A DNA stretch of 64,000 bases, taken from NCBI RefSeq assembly GCF_009914755.1, contig NC_060929.1; one strand, written 5' to 3'. This document shows, piece by piece, positions 1 to 13,812 of the stretch (positions within the stretch are counted from its first letter, which is position 1; every line of letters starts with the position of its first letter). Origin of the DNA: the human T2T-CHM13v2.0 reference genome, Homo sapiens. Both the position numbers and the translations under genes were made by a program. A model generated the notes under the pieces. The model saw only the letters and a program-made list of their open reading frames with translations. It made no database searches and had not been told where the DNA came from.

Positions 1-251
1 ACACACCTATGCTGATGACTTTCATTTTTGATCACCCTCTCCCTTGAATTCTATCTACCTTATTAGGCAGTTCATAGTATATCAAGCTTTTCTGTATACA
101 TAAATCTAATAAAGATATTAGGCTGACCCATCTGAAATTGCAATTTTTGTAGGTTAAAAACTGTTAACATATTGACAGTATCAAACCTAAAAAAGAAACT
201 GTAGCTCTCATTTTAATAATTTTTCCTTTACATTTGCATTTAACATTGCAG

Positions 252-331
252 AACCTTTTGATGGAACAAATACAGCCAGAGCAGTGCACGAAAAGCAGAA
301 ATTTGATATGATCAAGGATCAATTTTTAAAG
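252..331 (+). CDS. TENT2: TENT2 (PAPD4/GLD2 cytoplasmic poly(A) polymerase), penultimate coding exon
   Basis: Acceptor ttgcag| at 251 and donor AAG|gtaaac at 332. Translates (E)PFDGTNTARAVHEKQKFDMIKDQFLK, containing the EEPF-N-AR PAP-associated motif of GLD2-family nucleotidyltransferases. Confidence 0.95.
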
Positions 332-554
332 GTAAACAATGCATTAGATCAACCCTAGAAACATTAGTAGACTAGTATGCTTTAAACAGGAAAAAATACG
401 TGTGTAGTAGGACAGAATGGTTTCTCTTCTGTGAATCCATTAATATAGCATGATAGAGAACTTATTATTTGAATTTAGTTAAACTTTTCCTTCAAAGAGA
501 TCTGGCTCTGTTTTTATTCACATTGCTTTCACTTTCATAGAAATAAGCATTTTC

Positions 555-858
<304 letters not shown>

Positions 859-1314
859 TAAGCATTTTCGTAGTGAGCTTATTAAATTTCCAAAATAAGT
901 GAATAAAACCTAATGGACTCTTTTCCTTCCTTAGTGTATTGGGGAATTTATTGTGGCCTTAGAAGGAAGCTGATGTCTGATCCATGCTTTTTCTAATGTA
1001 TACCCCACTGTCACAGGAATTAGAGTGCTGTTTTATCTTTGTTTATATTTAGGAAAGTTAAAATTTATGTATATGTCTGTGTTTATAGTATGAATTTATT
1101 CATCAGTGATGTTGCTAGATGTGGTCTTAATCTTCAGGGACTTCACAACACATTGTAGAAATGCCTTGATATATGTATTGAGACATGGAGGGGAGGGAAA
1201 GCTTTGTAGAAGAAAAAGATGAGAGAACCGCAAAGATCATTTTAGAGGCATACTTTTTCATTATCTAGACATTCAAGTGGACTTTATTTTAATGATAATT
1301 TAAAATGCAAGTAT

Positions 1315-1581
1315 TGAGGCATGAGTATCACTGGAACCAGGAGTTCGAGGCTGCAGTGGGCTATTATCAAGTTGCTGCACTTCAAGCCTAGACAACAGAG
1401 TGAGAGACTCCACCTCTAAAAAAAAAATGAATAAAAATAATGGCCAGGTGCAATGGTTCACACCTGTAATCCAAACACTTTGTGAGGCCAAGGCAGGAGG
1501 ATTGCTTGAGGCCAGGAGTTTAAGACCAGCCTGGGCAACGCATAGCAAGACATAGTTCACACACACACATGCACGCACATG

Positions 1582-1614
<33 letters not shown>

Positions 1615-1803
1615 CACCTCACCTCACCCCACCCCTGGGTGTAGTGGTATGCACCTGTGTCTTAGCTACTGGGGAGGCTGAGTGGAGAGAAAAGCCTTGA
1701 GCCCAGGAGGTTGAGGGTGCAGTGAGCTGTGATTGTGCCACCGCACTCCAGCCTGAGCATGAGTAATAGAGTGATACCTTGTTTCAAATAAATAAATAAA
1801 TAG
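1315..1803 (+). mobile_element. Alu right-arm fragment followed by an old Alu (AluJ-like) with a (CA)n microsatellite at ~1558-1612
   Basis: Diverged Alu motifs; the CA repeat replaces the central A-rich linker. Confidence 0.85.
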
Positions 1804-1899
1804 ATAAAATATAAGTATTCTATTACAAGCTGTCGTTCAAATGAGACTTTCTTAATTTGGCAACCAGAATAGAAAATTTGTCTTATAGAAATTCTTTAA

Positions 1900-2225
<326 letters not shown>

Positions 2226-2564
2226 AATTCTTTAATTTTAAAACAAATATTCAAGAGAGAATATTTTTGTTTATCAGATTAAATTGAGAACTCAAAATTA
2301 GCAATGCTACATTGGTGTTCTTATTGATGAGTGAGCTTTCATTTAGGATTGTTTAGTTGTAAAACCAATACTTTTAGACAATCGAATAACTGACATGAGA
2401 CTAGAATACAAAGATCTGCAGTCACCAAGTAGTGAGACAGATTTTTAGCTTGTGAACAAGTTTCTTTTCTTCTCCTTATCAATTCAAATCACCATTTGAA
2501 TTTTCCAGAGGCATACATAAAGTGCCTTATTGTAAATTTACTCTCTCCTTCATAAATACTATAT

Positions 2565-2842
<278 letters not shown>

Positions 2843-3127
2843 TAATGCAAAAAGCTAGTAAAGATGTAAGACAGTCAATCAAATAATTGAAATAATCCTC
2901 TCTTCTCAAATCCAAAGGTTTTGTCTTAATTACCTTGCTACTTTTAGATTGAATTAATCCGTGAATAAATATTAATATTGTCAGTTGTATCTTTCAGTAC
3001 CACCTATGTGCCCATTTCTTTATTAATGAATTGGAACCATAAAAATATGGAGTTTTTAAATAACATTTTCTTTTCTGATGACAGAAACAATACTTACACT
3101 GTGTTAAAAACTTGGAAAATAAAAACT

Positions 3128-3342
3128 TAGCCAGCCTGGGCAATACAATGAGACCTTGTCTCTACAAAAAAATTTAAAAATAGCTGAGCGTGATGGCATA
3201 CGCCTGTAGTCCCAGCTACTCAGGAGGCAGAGGTGGGAGGATCTCTTGAGCCTGGAAAGCGGAGGTTGTAGTGAGCCGAGATTGCACCACTGCACTCCAG
3301 CTTGGGTGGCAGAGTGAGACCTTATCTCAAAAAAAGAAAAAA
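3128..3342 (+). mobile_element. Alu, 5'-truncated
   Basis: agccagcctgggcaa...gagaccttatctcaaaaaa. Confidence 0.85.
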
Positions 3343-3469
3343 TTTGAAGGAAAAAATTATTCAAAATTTATCACCTAGAGAGAACCAACTATTAACATTC
3401 TTTTAAACTCTCAGTCTTTTGTTCTGCATAAATTTTAGGTTTTAAGAATGATTTTTCTTTCTCTCCCAG

Positions 3470-3544
3470 TCATGGCACAGATTGAAAAACAAGAGAGATT
3501 TGAACAGTATACTACCTGTAAGAGCTGCTGTCCTGAAAAGATAA
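3470..3544 (+). CDS. TENT2: TENT2 last coding exon (C-terminus and stop)
   Basis: Pyrimidine tract ttttctttctctcccag| then SWHRLKNKRDLNSILPVRAAVLKR-TAA. Phase 0 matches the preceding donor, and the peptide matches the recalled human GLD2 C-terminus. Confidence 0.95.
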   Translation, partial: SWHRLKNKRDLNSILPVRAAVLKR

Positions 3545-4893
3545 CTGGCCTCTATTTCTTAATAAATTCTTCCAAGAAATAAAGAACAATAGTTTCATCA
3601 TAATACATTATGTTTACCTCCATCATAGTTGCTTTTTTCATAGTTCTTGTTTTCATGTTTTATTTTTAAAAAGACATATAAAGATTGCATATTTTATTAT
3701 GACATTTCCTAATAAACCCCTTTGATTTAAAAATGTATTTTTAAAAATGTTTACATTGATGATGAGTAATATTGCATGTGTTTTCAGGTGATCAGATAAA
3801 ATATATTTTGGGAAATTAACTGAACAAATAAAAAGTTTTTGATATAACTTCAATTAATTGTACCACATGCTAATCCTGAAGAGATGTGTAGAATTTTGGA
3901 AAGGGTCTAATTCATACATGCTTAAAGTATAACCTACGTTAGATAGTTTGTTGTCAAAGTCTGTTCTAGTAAAGTGAAGATTCAAGTCAGTTGTTCAGTT
4001 ACTTGAAGCAAAACGAAATCTTTCATTTCAGTCAAATCACTGCAGTCATGAAATACTGAACAATTGCCTTAAGTCTTTGCTTGACTCACTGGGATAGACT
4101 GAGGCTTTGGGTGTGTCTGTATTAGCATTTCATTAGTACTTCACATGCTTTTGATGTACTCTTGAGATTGCTTTAAATTTTGTATTGAAACAACAATACA
4201 TTTTGCACTGTAGTAATGGGAGCACTAACTCTTACAACAGTTAGTGAATCGTTTTAAAGAATCAGTTCAGTGTAGACATTTTGAAAAGATTGTTTCCTGT
4301 GCTTTACGATAGCTTAGTGCAATGTGCACTTCTGTTTTACTTGCCATTTTCCTGCTCTGTTTTCTCTGTGACATGAAGCAACAGAAACTGAGATCAAAGT
4401 TAAGATTATATCCTGTTTGTAGTATCAGATATTTTTCTGTGTACAATTATAGGATTGTAATCTAAACTGGAATTTTTAGGCAGTAAGTCACCACAAAATG
4501 TTTTAGATAAGACACAATAAAATTATTATAAATAAAAGCTTAATGTTTGTAAAAAATCTCTTTTTTAGTATTTCTTTTTTCACATGAAAGAAGTGGTGGC
4601 TGCTAAAAAAAAAGCTACAGTGTTTATTAAGGGTCTTTTTGATTTATGTAAATATTTGTAAATTGGTCAGTGCCTGTAAATTTAAATATAAAAAGTAACC
4701 TTGAAAACAGTTTTAACTTTTTCAAAAGAACTATGTCCAACATTTTTTAGACCTGCTGTAGTACAGTTTTGTACCTCTAACGTATTTTTTTTTTGCAGAC
4801 CAAATGCTAAAACTTTTGCTTTTCTTTGACTTGTAAAAGGTGCACATTTTCATTTTCTTCCTTAAGTTCAAATTTTTGTATGATGTCAAATGC

Positions 4894-4940
4894 AATAAAA
4901 TTTATATATGGACATTGTTGAGGTGCCTTTTTTTTCTGTG
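4894..4940 (+). terminator. Likely major TENT2 poly(A) signal with downstream GU/U-rich element
   Basis: AATAAA at 4894-4899, upstream TGTA motifs, and ttgttgaggtgcc plus a T-run 15-40 nt downstream. Confidence 0.6.
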
Positions 4941-5639
4941 AAAATCTTTGCTTTGAGATGAGACCGAGGCTGTAGTTATCATCTAGAACTGAACTAAATC
5001 TACTTATTAGCCAGCTAACGACATCAATATCTTATGTCTCTGGCATTATGAGGAATGAAAGTTTACACATAGTGAATTTTTTAGATTCCTGATGTGTAAC
5101 ACTTTTTATGCATTTGAGCTTTTCATATTTTGGGGGGGAATTTTTCCTAAAATTTACACTGTGCATCTCTTAATCAGAATGTACTGAGTAGAGTTAATAT
5201 TCTAGTGATGACTGGGTAATCATTATAAGCATTAGTCATAGTACTATTCAGTAATACTGTGCAACTTTCAGGGATGGGTAAGTATGTACCCTCTGCCTCT
5301 ACAGTATTATGACATTTCCTAATAAAACCCCAGAATTTACCATGGTGTGGGTTCCTTCACTGTCACTGTTTTCTCAGTTTTCAGTGGCCCCACACTTACT
5401 ACTGCTTCTTTTCTTTGTTTTACCACGAAAAACAGATCAAGAAGTCACTAAACTTAGACCCAATTCTATATCAGTAGACTGAGGCCTGAAATTATGCACA
5501 CATAACTGGCCAAATATCAGATAAGTGAACTGTTAATATATGAGAGAATTTTCTGGACTTTTAAGTTATTAATCTCAATTATTTGTGTGGTGAGTACTAA
5601 ATTATTTTCTGTTTGTGTTGATCTGTCCATTTCTGTATA

Positions 5640-5992
5640 TAGTTGTCCCTCAGTATATTGAGGGATTGATTCCAGGTCAACCCCGTCCTCTTCAGATACC
5701 AAAATCCACAGATACTCAAGTCCCTTATATAAAATGGTGTAGTGTTTGCATATATCCTACACACATTCTCTTGATACTTTAAATCATCTCTAAATTACCT
5801 GATACGTAATACAATGTAAATGCTATGTAAATAGTTGTTATACTGTATTGTTTAGGGAATAATAATGACAAGACAAAAAGTCTATACCTGTTCGGTACAG
5901 ATGCAACCATTCTGCCTCCTCCCTACCCCCTCCCAAATATTTTTCATCCTGGTTGAATTCACAGATCCTACATGGTTACGGAGGGTTGACTG
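5640..5992 (+). mobile_element. MER2 (TcMar-Tigger non-autonomous DNA transposon)
   Basis: Matches the recalled MER2 core gataccaaaatccacagatactcaagtcccttatataaaatgg. Degenerate terminal inverted repeats ending in actg|ta. Confidence 0.8.
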
Positions 5993-6485
5993 TATTTGCA
6001 TATGTTGTTAAAGTGGTGTTTAAAATGTGCAATCTGTACTACAATTCTAAATTTTGGATTGATTTGAACTAGGATCTTTGCAAATAAATCTCATAGACAT
6101 TAATGTTTGTAAGAAATTTTTAATTAAATGATGGAAGGAACATAGAATGGCTACCTGTGATTTTGATTAGTGTTTAACAGATTGCCACAGCTGTGATTGA
6201 ATTCCTTTTGTACTGGATGAGCATGGTCATTTGGGATTACTGATGGTGAAGTCTAGCTGGTGTTAAGAGAATAAATATTGCTGATGCTAAACCTGGTTTA
6301 GTGAGCTGTGGAAGCCTTGACTCTGCTGTTTTCCCTCCTTATGCCCCACTAGCTGATGTATCTGTACTGTAATTCAATGATTTACAGTTCATTACCTCCA
6401 GACATAATGCATGCATACCAGCTCGTGTAACTGGTGAATAATCCCCAGCTTACAGTCATATTTAACAACTCTGTGACTTGCTATA

Positions 6486-6497
6486 ATTAAAAATAAA
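6486..6497 (+). terminator. Candidate distal TENT2 poly(A) signal
   Basis: Adjacent ATTAAA and AATAAA, followed by T-rich sequence. Confidence 0.4.
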
Positions 6498-6933
6498 TGT
6501 TAACTCTTCTAGCCATCAAATCATTCTCATGAAATGAATATCTTTATTGTAAAGTTACCTCCATTTGTACATAGCAGTTCTGGTTCTGTTCTCTTCAGGG
6601 AGCATCCATTATATGTACCTGCTATGTGCTAGCTACTTTGCTAGTGTGTAGGCTTGTAAGAGATGGGGATGATGGGACAAAGAAGAGTAGTAAACTTACG
6701 AAGTCTGCTGGGGAAGGAGATACAAACATAATTTGAATATAGGATTATGTGGGAACCTGGAAGAGAGGTACTGAGTTTAACTTTGGGATTTCAGTGAAAG
6801 GTGGTGATCTTGAATGATGGGTATCCTGGTAAAAATGGGACCAACCTTTGAGGCAGAAGGAATTGTGTTAATAAAGACACAGTGGAGTGACTTGACAATG
6901 TTGGGAACTCCTGACTTCTAAAGACACCTGACC

Positions 6934-7229
<296 letters not shown>

Positions 7230-7539
7230 GAGTAGACAGGTAAAACATGGCCTGTTAGGCAACCGTTACCTTTGTGAGGGTGTTGGGGTTCAGTCTTTGA
7301 GCAGTGGGAAGCCATTGAGGGGTTTTAACCACAACTTGATCCGGGGAAAGGTTTGGGGCATTTGGGCCAGTTTCAGACAAAACTTAGCTTTTTGCTAACG
7401 TGGGGGAAATTGCTCCTCCTCAAGGTTTAAGATGAGTGGAGATAAAGTTTCCTGGCTCAATAACAGGGACCACTGAGCAAGAAAATACACAGTATATTGA
7501 CTTGCGATATAAAGAGAGCCGGGACGGAACACTGGTTCA

Positions 7540-7750
7540 AAACTGGGCTTTTGAGCAGGGCACGCCTAGCTTTGTTTCTCATTGGGTCATTTTACTAGCA
7601 ATGACAGCCTGAGCTGCTGGAGCTCTTCGGAGTCTCAGTTTCCTCATCTGGGAAACCAGCACTACAGTAAAACCTTCTACAGGTACCACCACAGAATCGA
7701 GGTAATGAAAGCGAGACCCTTAGCAGAGTGCCTGGTAGTTAAGTGCCCAG
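7540..7750. mobile_element. MIR SINE remnant
   Basis: MIR core ctcagtttcctcatctg. Confidence 0.6.
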
Positions 7751-7977
7751 CTCAGGGTATTGTTTGGGATAAAGGGTCCAGAAAGTAGCTCAGCTCAAAA
7801 CCGAAAAGACTCACTCTGGAGGAAATAAGAGACGGGGCTAGGTTGCCTTTCCTCCTTTGAACCCCCTGGTGCAGCCGGAGCCCGCGCCCCTTAAAGTGAT
7901 CTCCAGTTGTCCGAAAGGCCCGCCAGGGATCTGGCGAAACGGGGGCGGGGGAGGGCTCAGGGAAGAGGAGAAGCTGA

Positions 7978-8331
<354 letters not shown>

Positions 8332-9961
8332 TAGCGCGAGCCTCTCTCCTCGGCCCAGGGCCTGCAGGGCAGCTAGCAGCACCCTTGCTTGTTTGCTTTA
8401 AGTTTTTAAGCTCTGGGGTTCGTTTGCCTCGAGCTAGGCACTTTCTCTCTGGGTGCACTGTCGTTTAAAAGAACTTGAAGGTGAAGGTGCTCGCTGTCAG
8501 CTGGAGTGACAGGCCCGCCTGCAGCAGAGTTCATTACCCCCGCCCCCAGCTCCTTGTGACTCGCTGCTCTTGTTTATTCCTGAGGATTTACTTAGGTCCT
8601 GCATAACTGCCGAAATGTGCTGGAACACGTACATCTGGCCCGAGGCACAGGAACAATCGCGAAATCCTGCGCTAGAGGAGAAGGGGGTGGGGTGGAGGCG
8701 GTGAAGGCGCACTGGTACCTTCCGATGAATGGCGGTCTCCCCGGGGGCCTAGCAGTAGGCTAGGCTGCAATAAGGTGACCTTATTTTGATACAAAGGCCC
8801 ATAAATTCTTTGGGGGAAAAGAAGCATGAGTTTCAGTAATCCCTGTTCTTCAAGTCCTGGTCCCAAATCCCAAATATCAGTTTCCGTGAATGCGATGAAG
8901 TAATACTATGTACAAAAGATGCACCTCCCACCCTTCGATCTCCCACCCTCCGTCCCTTTAAGAAGGCCCTAAAATGAGAATAATAGAAATCATCTAATGT
9001 CTATTTGGATTAGCTTCTACCTTCACTTGTTTTCCTTGAGTATGAGTTTTGGGTTTTTTCCTGACTGTGTGTCAGTCAGTGATGTCTCTTCCTCAGTCTG
9101 TTCATAACAGTAGAAAGGCTTTGAAGGTGGCAGGTGGGTGTGTACCATCTCAGAACGCCCAGCTTACCTAATCAAAGCCAGCAGAGCCGATGTTGAAGAA
9201 GTAGCCCATAGAGGGGCATTGAGGAGGATGGATGGTCAGACAAGAAGTCCTGAATGTATGTCACCTGTTTATCAAACAGCTGCCAAGTGGGAAGCAAGCA
9301 CAGTCCCTGGCCTCAAGGACCTTGTGGAAAAAGTTTCCCTAACTTTTTCCCCTATGGGGAAACGTTTCCCTAACATGGGGAGTGTGAGACTATATAGAGG
9401 TGGAAGGGAGGACTATGGGTACTGTGCAAGGGCAGAAGAGGGAGTGTTGGGCTGGAGCTGCCTTGAAGTAGTGGGCAGGGACTACAAACAGGAAGAGCAG
9501 AGGAGAAGGCACCTGTAGGAAGTGGATCAGGGAGTAGGGGACCTGTGATCCCTTGGCAGTGTTGAGAAGGGGAAGTCTGTCAACTCAGCTTTTATAACCT
9601 TTCCCTTACTGTTGTCTGGGATCCTCATATCCTTGCCCAACCACAATTTACAACCAAGAGAATCTGAAAACTCATTTACACTAAAATGTGAGCAGCTGAC
9701 CATTCACTCTGGGGTTGCATTGCCATTTGACAAAGGTCAAGGCCTTCAGAAAAGGATGTGATTTGTCTGCAGTAAACTTCAGCCTGTTCTGACTACAGAC
9801 AGTAAGGTGGACACCAGGGAAAGAGGTCAGAATAAATAGAGTGGAGGGACACATGAGGGAATATGGAAAATGGAGGCCTGGAAAAAGCATCCAATTTATT
9901 TTTTATTGGATGACAAGGGTAACAGGAAGTCAGCAAAACTTCTGGATTTAGGAAAAACACG

Positions 9962-10586
9962 TATCGACGAAAAAGCATCAAACTCTGTAAAATATCTGAA
10001 GAGATTGGTTCTGAGCCAAATATGAGTGACCAATGGCCTGTGACACGGCCTGCAGGAGATCCTGAGAACATGTGGCCAAGGTGGTTGGGGGACAGCTTAA
10101 TTTTACACATTTTAGGGAGACATGAGACCTCAATCAAATACATGTAAGATGCACATTGGTTTGGTCCAGAAAGGTGGGAAAACTGAAGGGCATGGGGGCT
10201 TCTAGGTTATAGGTAGGTTTAAGTTTTTTCTGATTGGCAATTGGTTGAAAGAGTTAAGTTATTCTCTTAAGACTTGGAATCAGTGGAAAGGAATGTCTGC
10301 ATTATGATAAGGGGATGTTGAGACCAAAGTTTTATCATGCAGATGAAGCCTCCAGGTAGCCAGCTGGAGAGAGAATAGATTGTAAGTGTTTCTTATTAGA
10401 CTGAAAGAGTTGTTCTATCAGTAATTCCAAAAGGGAGGGGGGTGTAGTGTAGTGAGGCATGTTCCATCTCCCCACCTCCACCATCACGGCCTGAGTGAGT
10501 TTTTCAGGTTAGCTTTGGAATGCCCTTGCTGAAAGGAGGGGTCCACTCAGATGGTCGGGGGCTTAGAATTTTATTTTTGGTTTGCA
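9962..10586 (-). mobile_element. MER4A/MER4A1-like solo LTR (ERV1 class)
   Basis: Minus strand begins tgcaaaccaaaaataaaattctaagccccc...catctgagtggacccctcc and ends ...tttttcgtcgata, like the recalled MER4A consensus. Confidence 0.8.
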
Positions 10587-11589
10587 AACCTTCATTTTTA
10601 AAAATTCAAAAGACACAAAGTAATCTGTAAACGTTCCTTTACCCTTTCAGGTATGTTACCTTTCTGAATTGAGGAAAAATTCTCTTTAATTATAAAATGC
10701 TTTTGTAGTGCAGGAAAGCTCATCATTTACATACACCAACATGGATATTGGATCAGAGAACTATCCTTCTGATATATCATCCAGTGATATGAATGTGACA
10801 TGTAACATCAAGAGGCCTGTGAATCCTATTAGTTGTTCCATAATGGGAAAATCCTGTCCTCTTTGAGCCCAATTTTCTCATCTGTAAAATAATAAGAATT
10901 CCTAATTCATAAGGTTGTCATAAGGATTGCATAAATTATGTGAATGTGTGTAGGAGTGCTTGGTTCTTAGTAGGTTCCCATTAAGCTTTAGTTTCTTTTA
11001 TTCCATCAGATGAGTCATTATTAGCAGGAAGGCTCTACCTTCTGCCCACCATTCATCCATGAAGGGAGAGATGGTCTCAGCTTTCAGTATAAATAATGAT
11101 CCTATTTCACTTTGTATTCATTCATTCACTAAACATTCATGGAGTGCCTACTATTAATATTTGCCATAGACAATGCGAGGTGCTGGGGATACAAAAATAC
11201 GAATCCATTACTGTCCTCATATTCACCTTCTAGTTGGAGAAACAGAAAAACGTAATTATGTCATTAGCTGTTAGAAGAGATTTAAGGAAGAAAAGGTGTG
11301 TATGAAGCACCTCAAAGTCTTGGGATACATGCTACCTGGAAGGGTTGGAGAAGCCTTCATCATTGGAGCAGTGTTTTGAATCATAATAAAATGCCTCATA
11401 GTGCTTGTAGTTTGTGGATATCAAAAAAGATTTTTATGTTTCTAAAACTTCATGGGAGAACTTTTGTGAAAGGCAGATTATAAAACTCACAGGATTTTAG
11501 AGCTAGCAGAGGCTTTGGAAGTATCTGTTCTCAACCGATCTGATTTTAGATTCAGAAACTGTCAGGAGTCGTTTGTTCAAAGTCACACA

Positions 11590-11894
11590 ATTTTTTTTTT
11601 TTTTTTTCTTGAGGTAGGATCTCACTCTGATTGCCCAGGCTGGATTGCAGTGGCGTGATCACGGCTCACTGCAGCCTTGACTAACCAGGCTCAGGTGATC
11701 CTCCCATCTCAGCCTCCTGAGTAGCTGGGACTACAGGTGTGCATCACCAGGCCTGGTTACTTTTTTGTATTTTTATAAGAGACAGGGTTTTGCCATGTTG
11801 CCCAGGCTGGTCTTGAACTCCTTGGCCCAAGCAATCCATCTGCCTCCAGCCTCCCAAAATCCTGGGATTATAGGCATGAGCCACCGTGCCCGGT
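11590..11894 (-). mobile_element. Alu (AluJ-like), antisense
   Basis: Poly-T followed by Alu reverse complement. Confidence 0.88.
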
Positions 11895-11959
11895 CAGCCA
11901 CAGAATTTTTTGGAATAGAATTAGGAGTAGACCCCAGGTGTCTGGACTCCAATTTAATG

Positions 11960-12450
11960 TTCATTAATGTATTCATTTGGCAGATATTTATTGAACTCCT
12001 ACAATGTGCCAGAGACTTCCTAGGCACAAGGAATACAGCTGTGAACAAAATGAATAAGGTCTCTGCCCTGCTAAAACTCACTCCAGTTTGGGGAGACAAA
12101 TAAAACATATAGTATGTCAAGTGGTAAGAAATTATGAAGACAAATATAGCAGGATAAATGGGTGGGGTATATTTGGATGAGGTAGTGAAGAAAGCCTCTC
12201 TGATGAGGTGACATTTGAGCAGATACTGAAGGAATGAGTTTCTAGGCAAAGGGATGACCAGCTGCAAGGGCACTGAGGGAGGGATATGTGTCTTATTTGA
12301 GGAACGCAAGTTGGTCAGGATGCTGGAACAGAGTAAGGTAATGGGGCGAGTGGTCAGAGTCAAAGCTAAGAGATAGTTGGGTTGCAGATCATGTAGGGCT
12401 TTGTAGCCCATGGTAAGGACTATGAATTTTATTCTGAGTAAAATTGGAAG
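11960..12450 (-). mobile_element. L2 LINE 3' fragment
   Basis: attcatttggcagatatttattgaactcctacaatgtgcc marks the L2 3' end. The minus frame contains YKALHDL, an L2 ORF2 C-terminal relic. Confidence 0.75.
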
Positions 12451-13505
12451 CTATGTTGTGTCTACTATACCAGTCAGGATAAAAACAAACAAACAAAAAA
12501 CAAGGAAAGCACAGTGATTGCAATATTCCTTTAAATAATAAGCACCTATACATTTGTATTTTCATTTGACTAATATTTATTTAACACTTACCATGTGCCA
12601 AACTCATGGTTTCCTGTATGGAGAGGAGACAGAAGTAAATAGGACTGTTACTTTTGTATTTCTCTTGCTGTAGACCAGTGAAAGCCAACTCTTTCAGCCT
12701 TTCCCACAGATCACTTAGAAACTTTTCAGCATTTTTATTTTCGGTCATTCTCTGTTGGTCAATTTTCATTTCTCTATTTAAGCACAGAGGATTTTTGCCA
12801 CAGCAGTACCCAAAACTTAAAAATCACCTTCAATTGCAGCTTTGCCAGTGCTTCTATAAAACAGGTCTGTCTAAGCTGACAGAATTAAAATTATTAGTGA
12901 CATTCACATTTAACCAGTCCTTGCAGGAATAAACCTTTTGGAAGGTGCAAGGAATTTGTAAATGGTTTTCATTATCAGTACAGAGCACTCTGTTTCCATA
13001 TATCTATTTATATGGTGTCTCCCACAGATGTGCTTACCTAGGTGTTTTGACAAGTGTGTTATTTGAGCCAGCCTTCTTCTGAGGTCAGTGGAAAGAGCTC
13101 AGAATGGGAGGGGTTGACTGCTCAGGATGCCAGAGGCTGAGGGAGGATAGAAGATAACAGAGTCACTTGTAGCCAGAAACTGAAGAGCTATTTAAGTGTT
13201 GGCTGCATGGATATTTTATGTCCTTGGTAAGACTTTGACTCAACGAAGAGTTAAACTCAGCAAGAGTTGGAATTATTACTATTTTTTCTTTAGAAAGGCA
13301 AACTTACTAAAAAGTGTAGGACATACTGATAAAATTTTACACAAAAAAAAGTCCATAGTCCCTGGATATTCTGAAAACAGGCTTAATGAAAACCTAATTT
13401 TTTTTAGTCATTAAACCAAATTCCCCTTCCTACCAACATGACTTAAGAGAATCAAGTACAAGAGACCAGTTGTGGCTGTACATGAAAATAACCTTTGATT
13501 TAGCC

Positions 13506-13812
13506 CAGCATTATCCTATAGAAATATAAGGTGAGCCACATATTTAATTTTAAATTTTCTAATAGCCACATTTTAAAAAGCAGAAAGAAACAAGTGACAT
13601 GAATTTTAGTAATCACTTAACCCAATATCCAAAGTATTACCATTTCAACATGTAATCAGTGTAAAACTTATTAGAGATATCTTACATTATTTTGTACTAA
13701 GTCTCTGATGTTTTTTAAATACTTACAGCACACCTCAATTCATCCTGCCTAACCACATTTCGAGTGCTTCATAGCCACATGTAGCTAGTGGCTATCATAC
13801 TGGACAATGCAG
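13506..13812. mobile_element. MER33-like hAT-Charlie DNA transposon
   Basis: atagaaatataaggtgagccacata...agccacatgtagctagtggcta...tggacaatgcag. Confidence 0.75.

Larger units (their letters stand above)
3545..6520 (+). other. TENT2: TENT2 3' UTR with several alternative poly(A) sites
   Basis: AT-rich and nearly repeat-free after the stop. AATAAA occurs at 3561, 3578, 3711, 3827, 4516, 4531, 4894, 5321 and 6492, among others. The distal end is inferred. Confidence 0.7.

Noticed and set aside
11773-12411. 212-aa minus-strand ORF
   Set aside because: Runs through an L2 remnant and an Alu; a chance open frame in repeat DNA.
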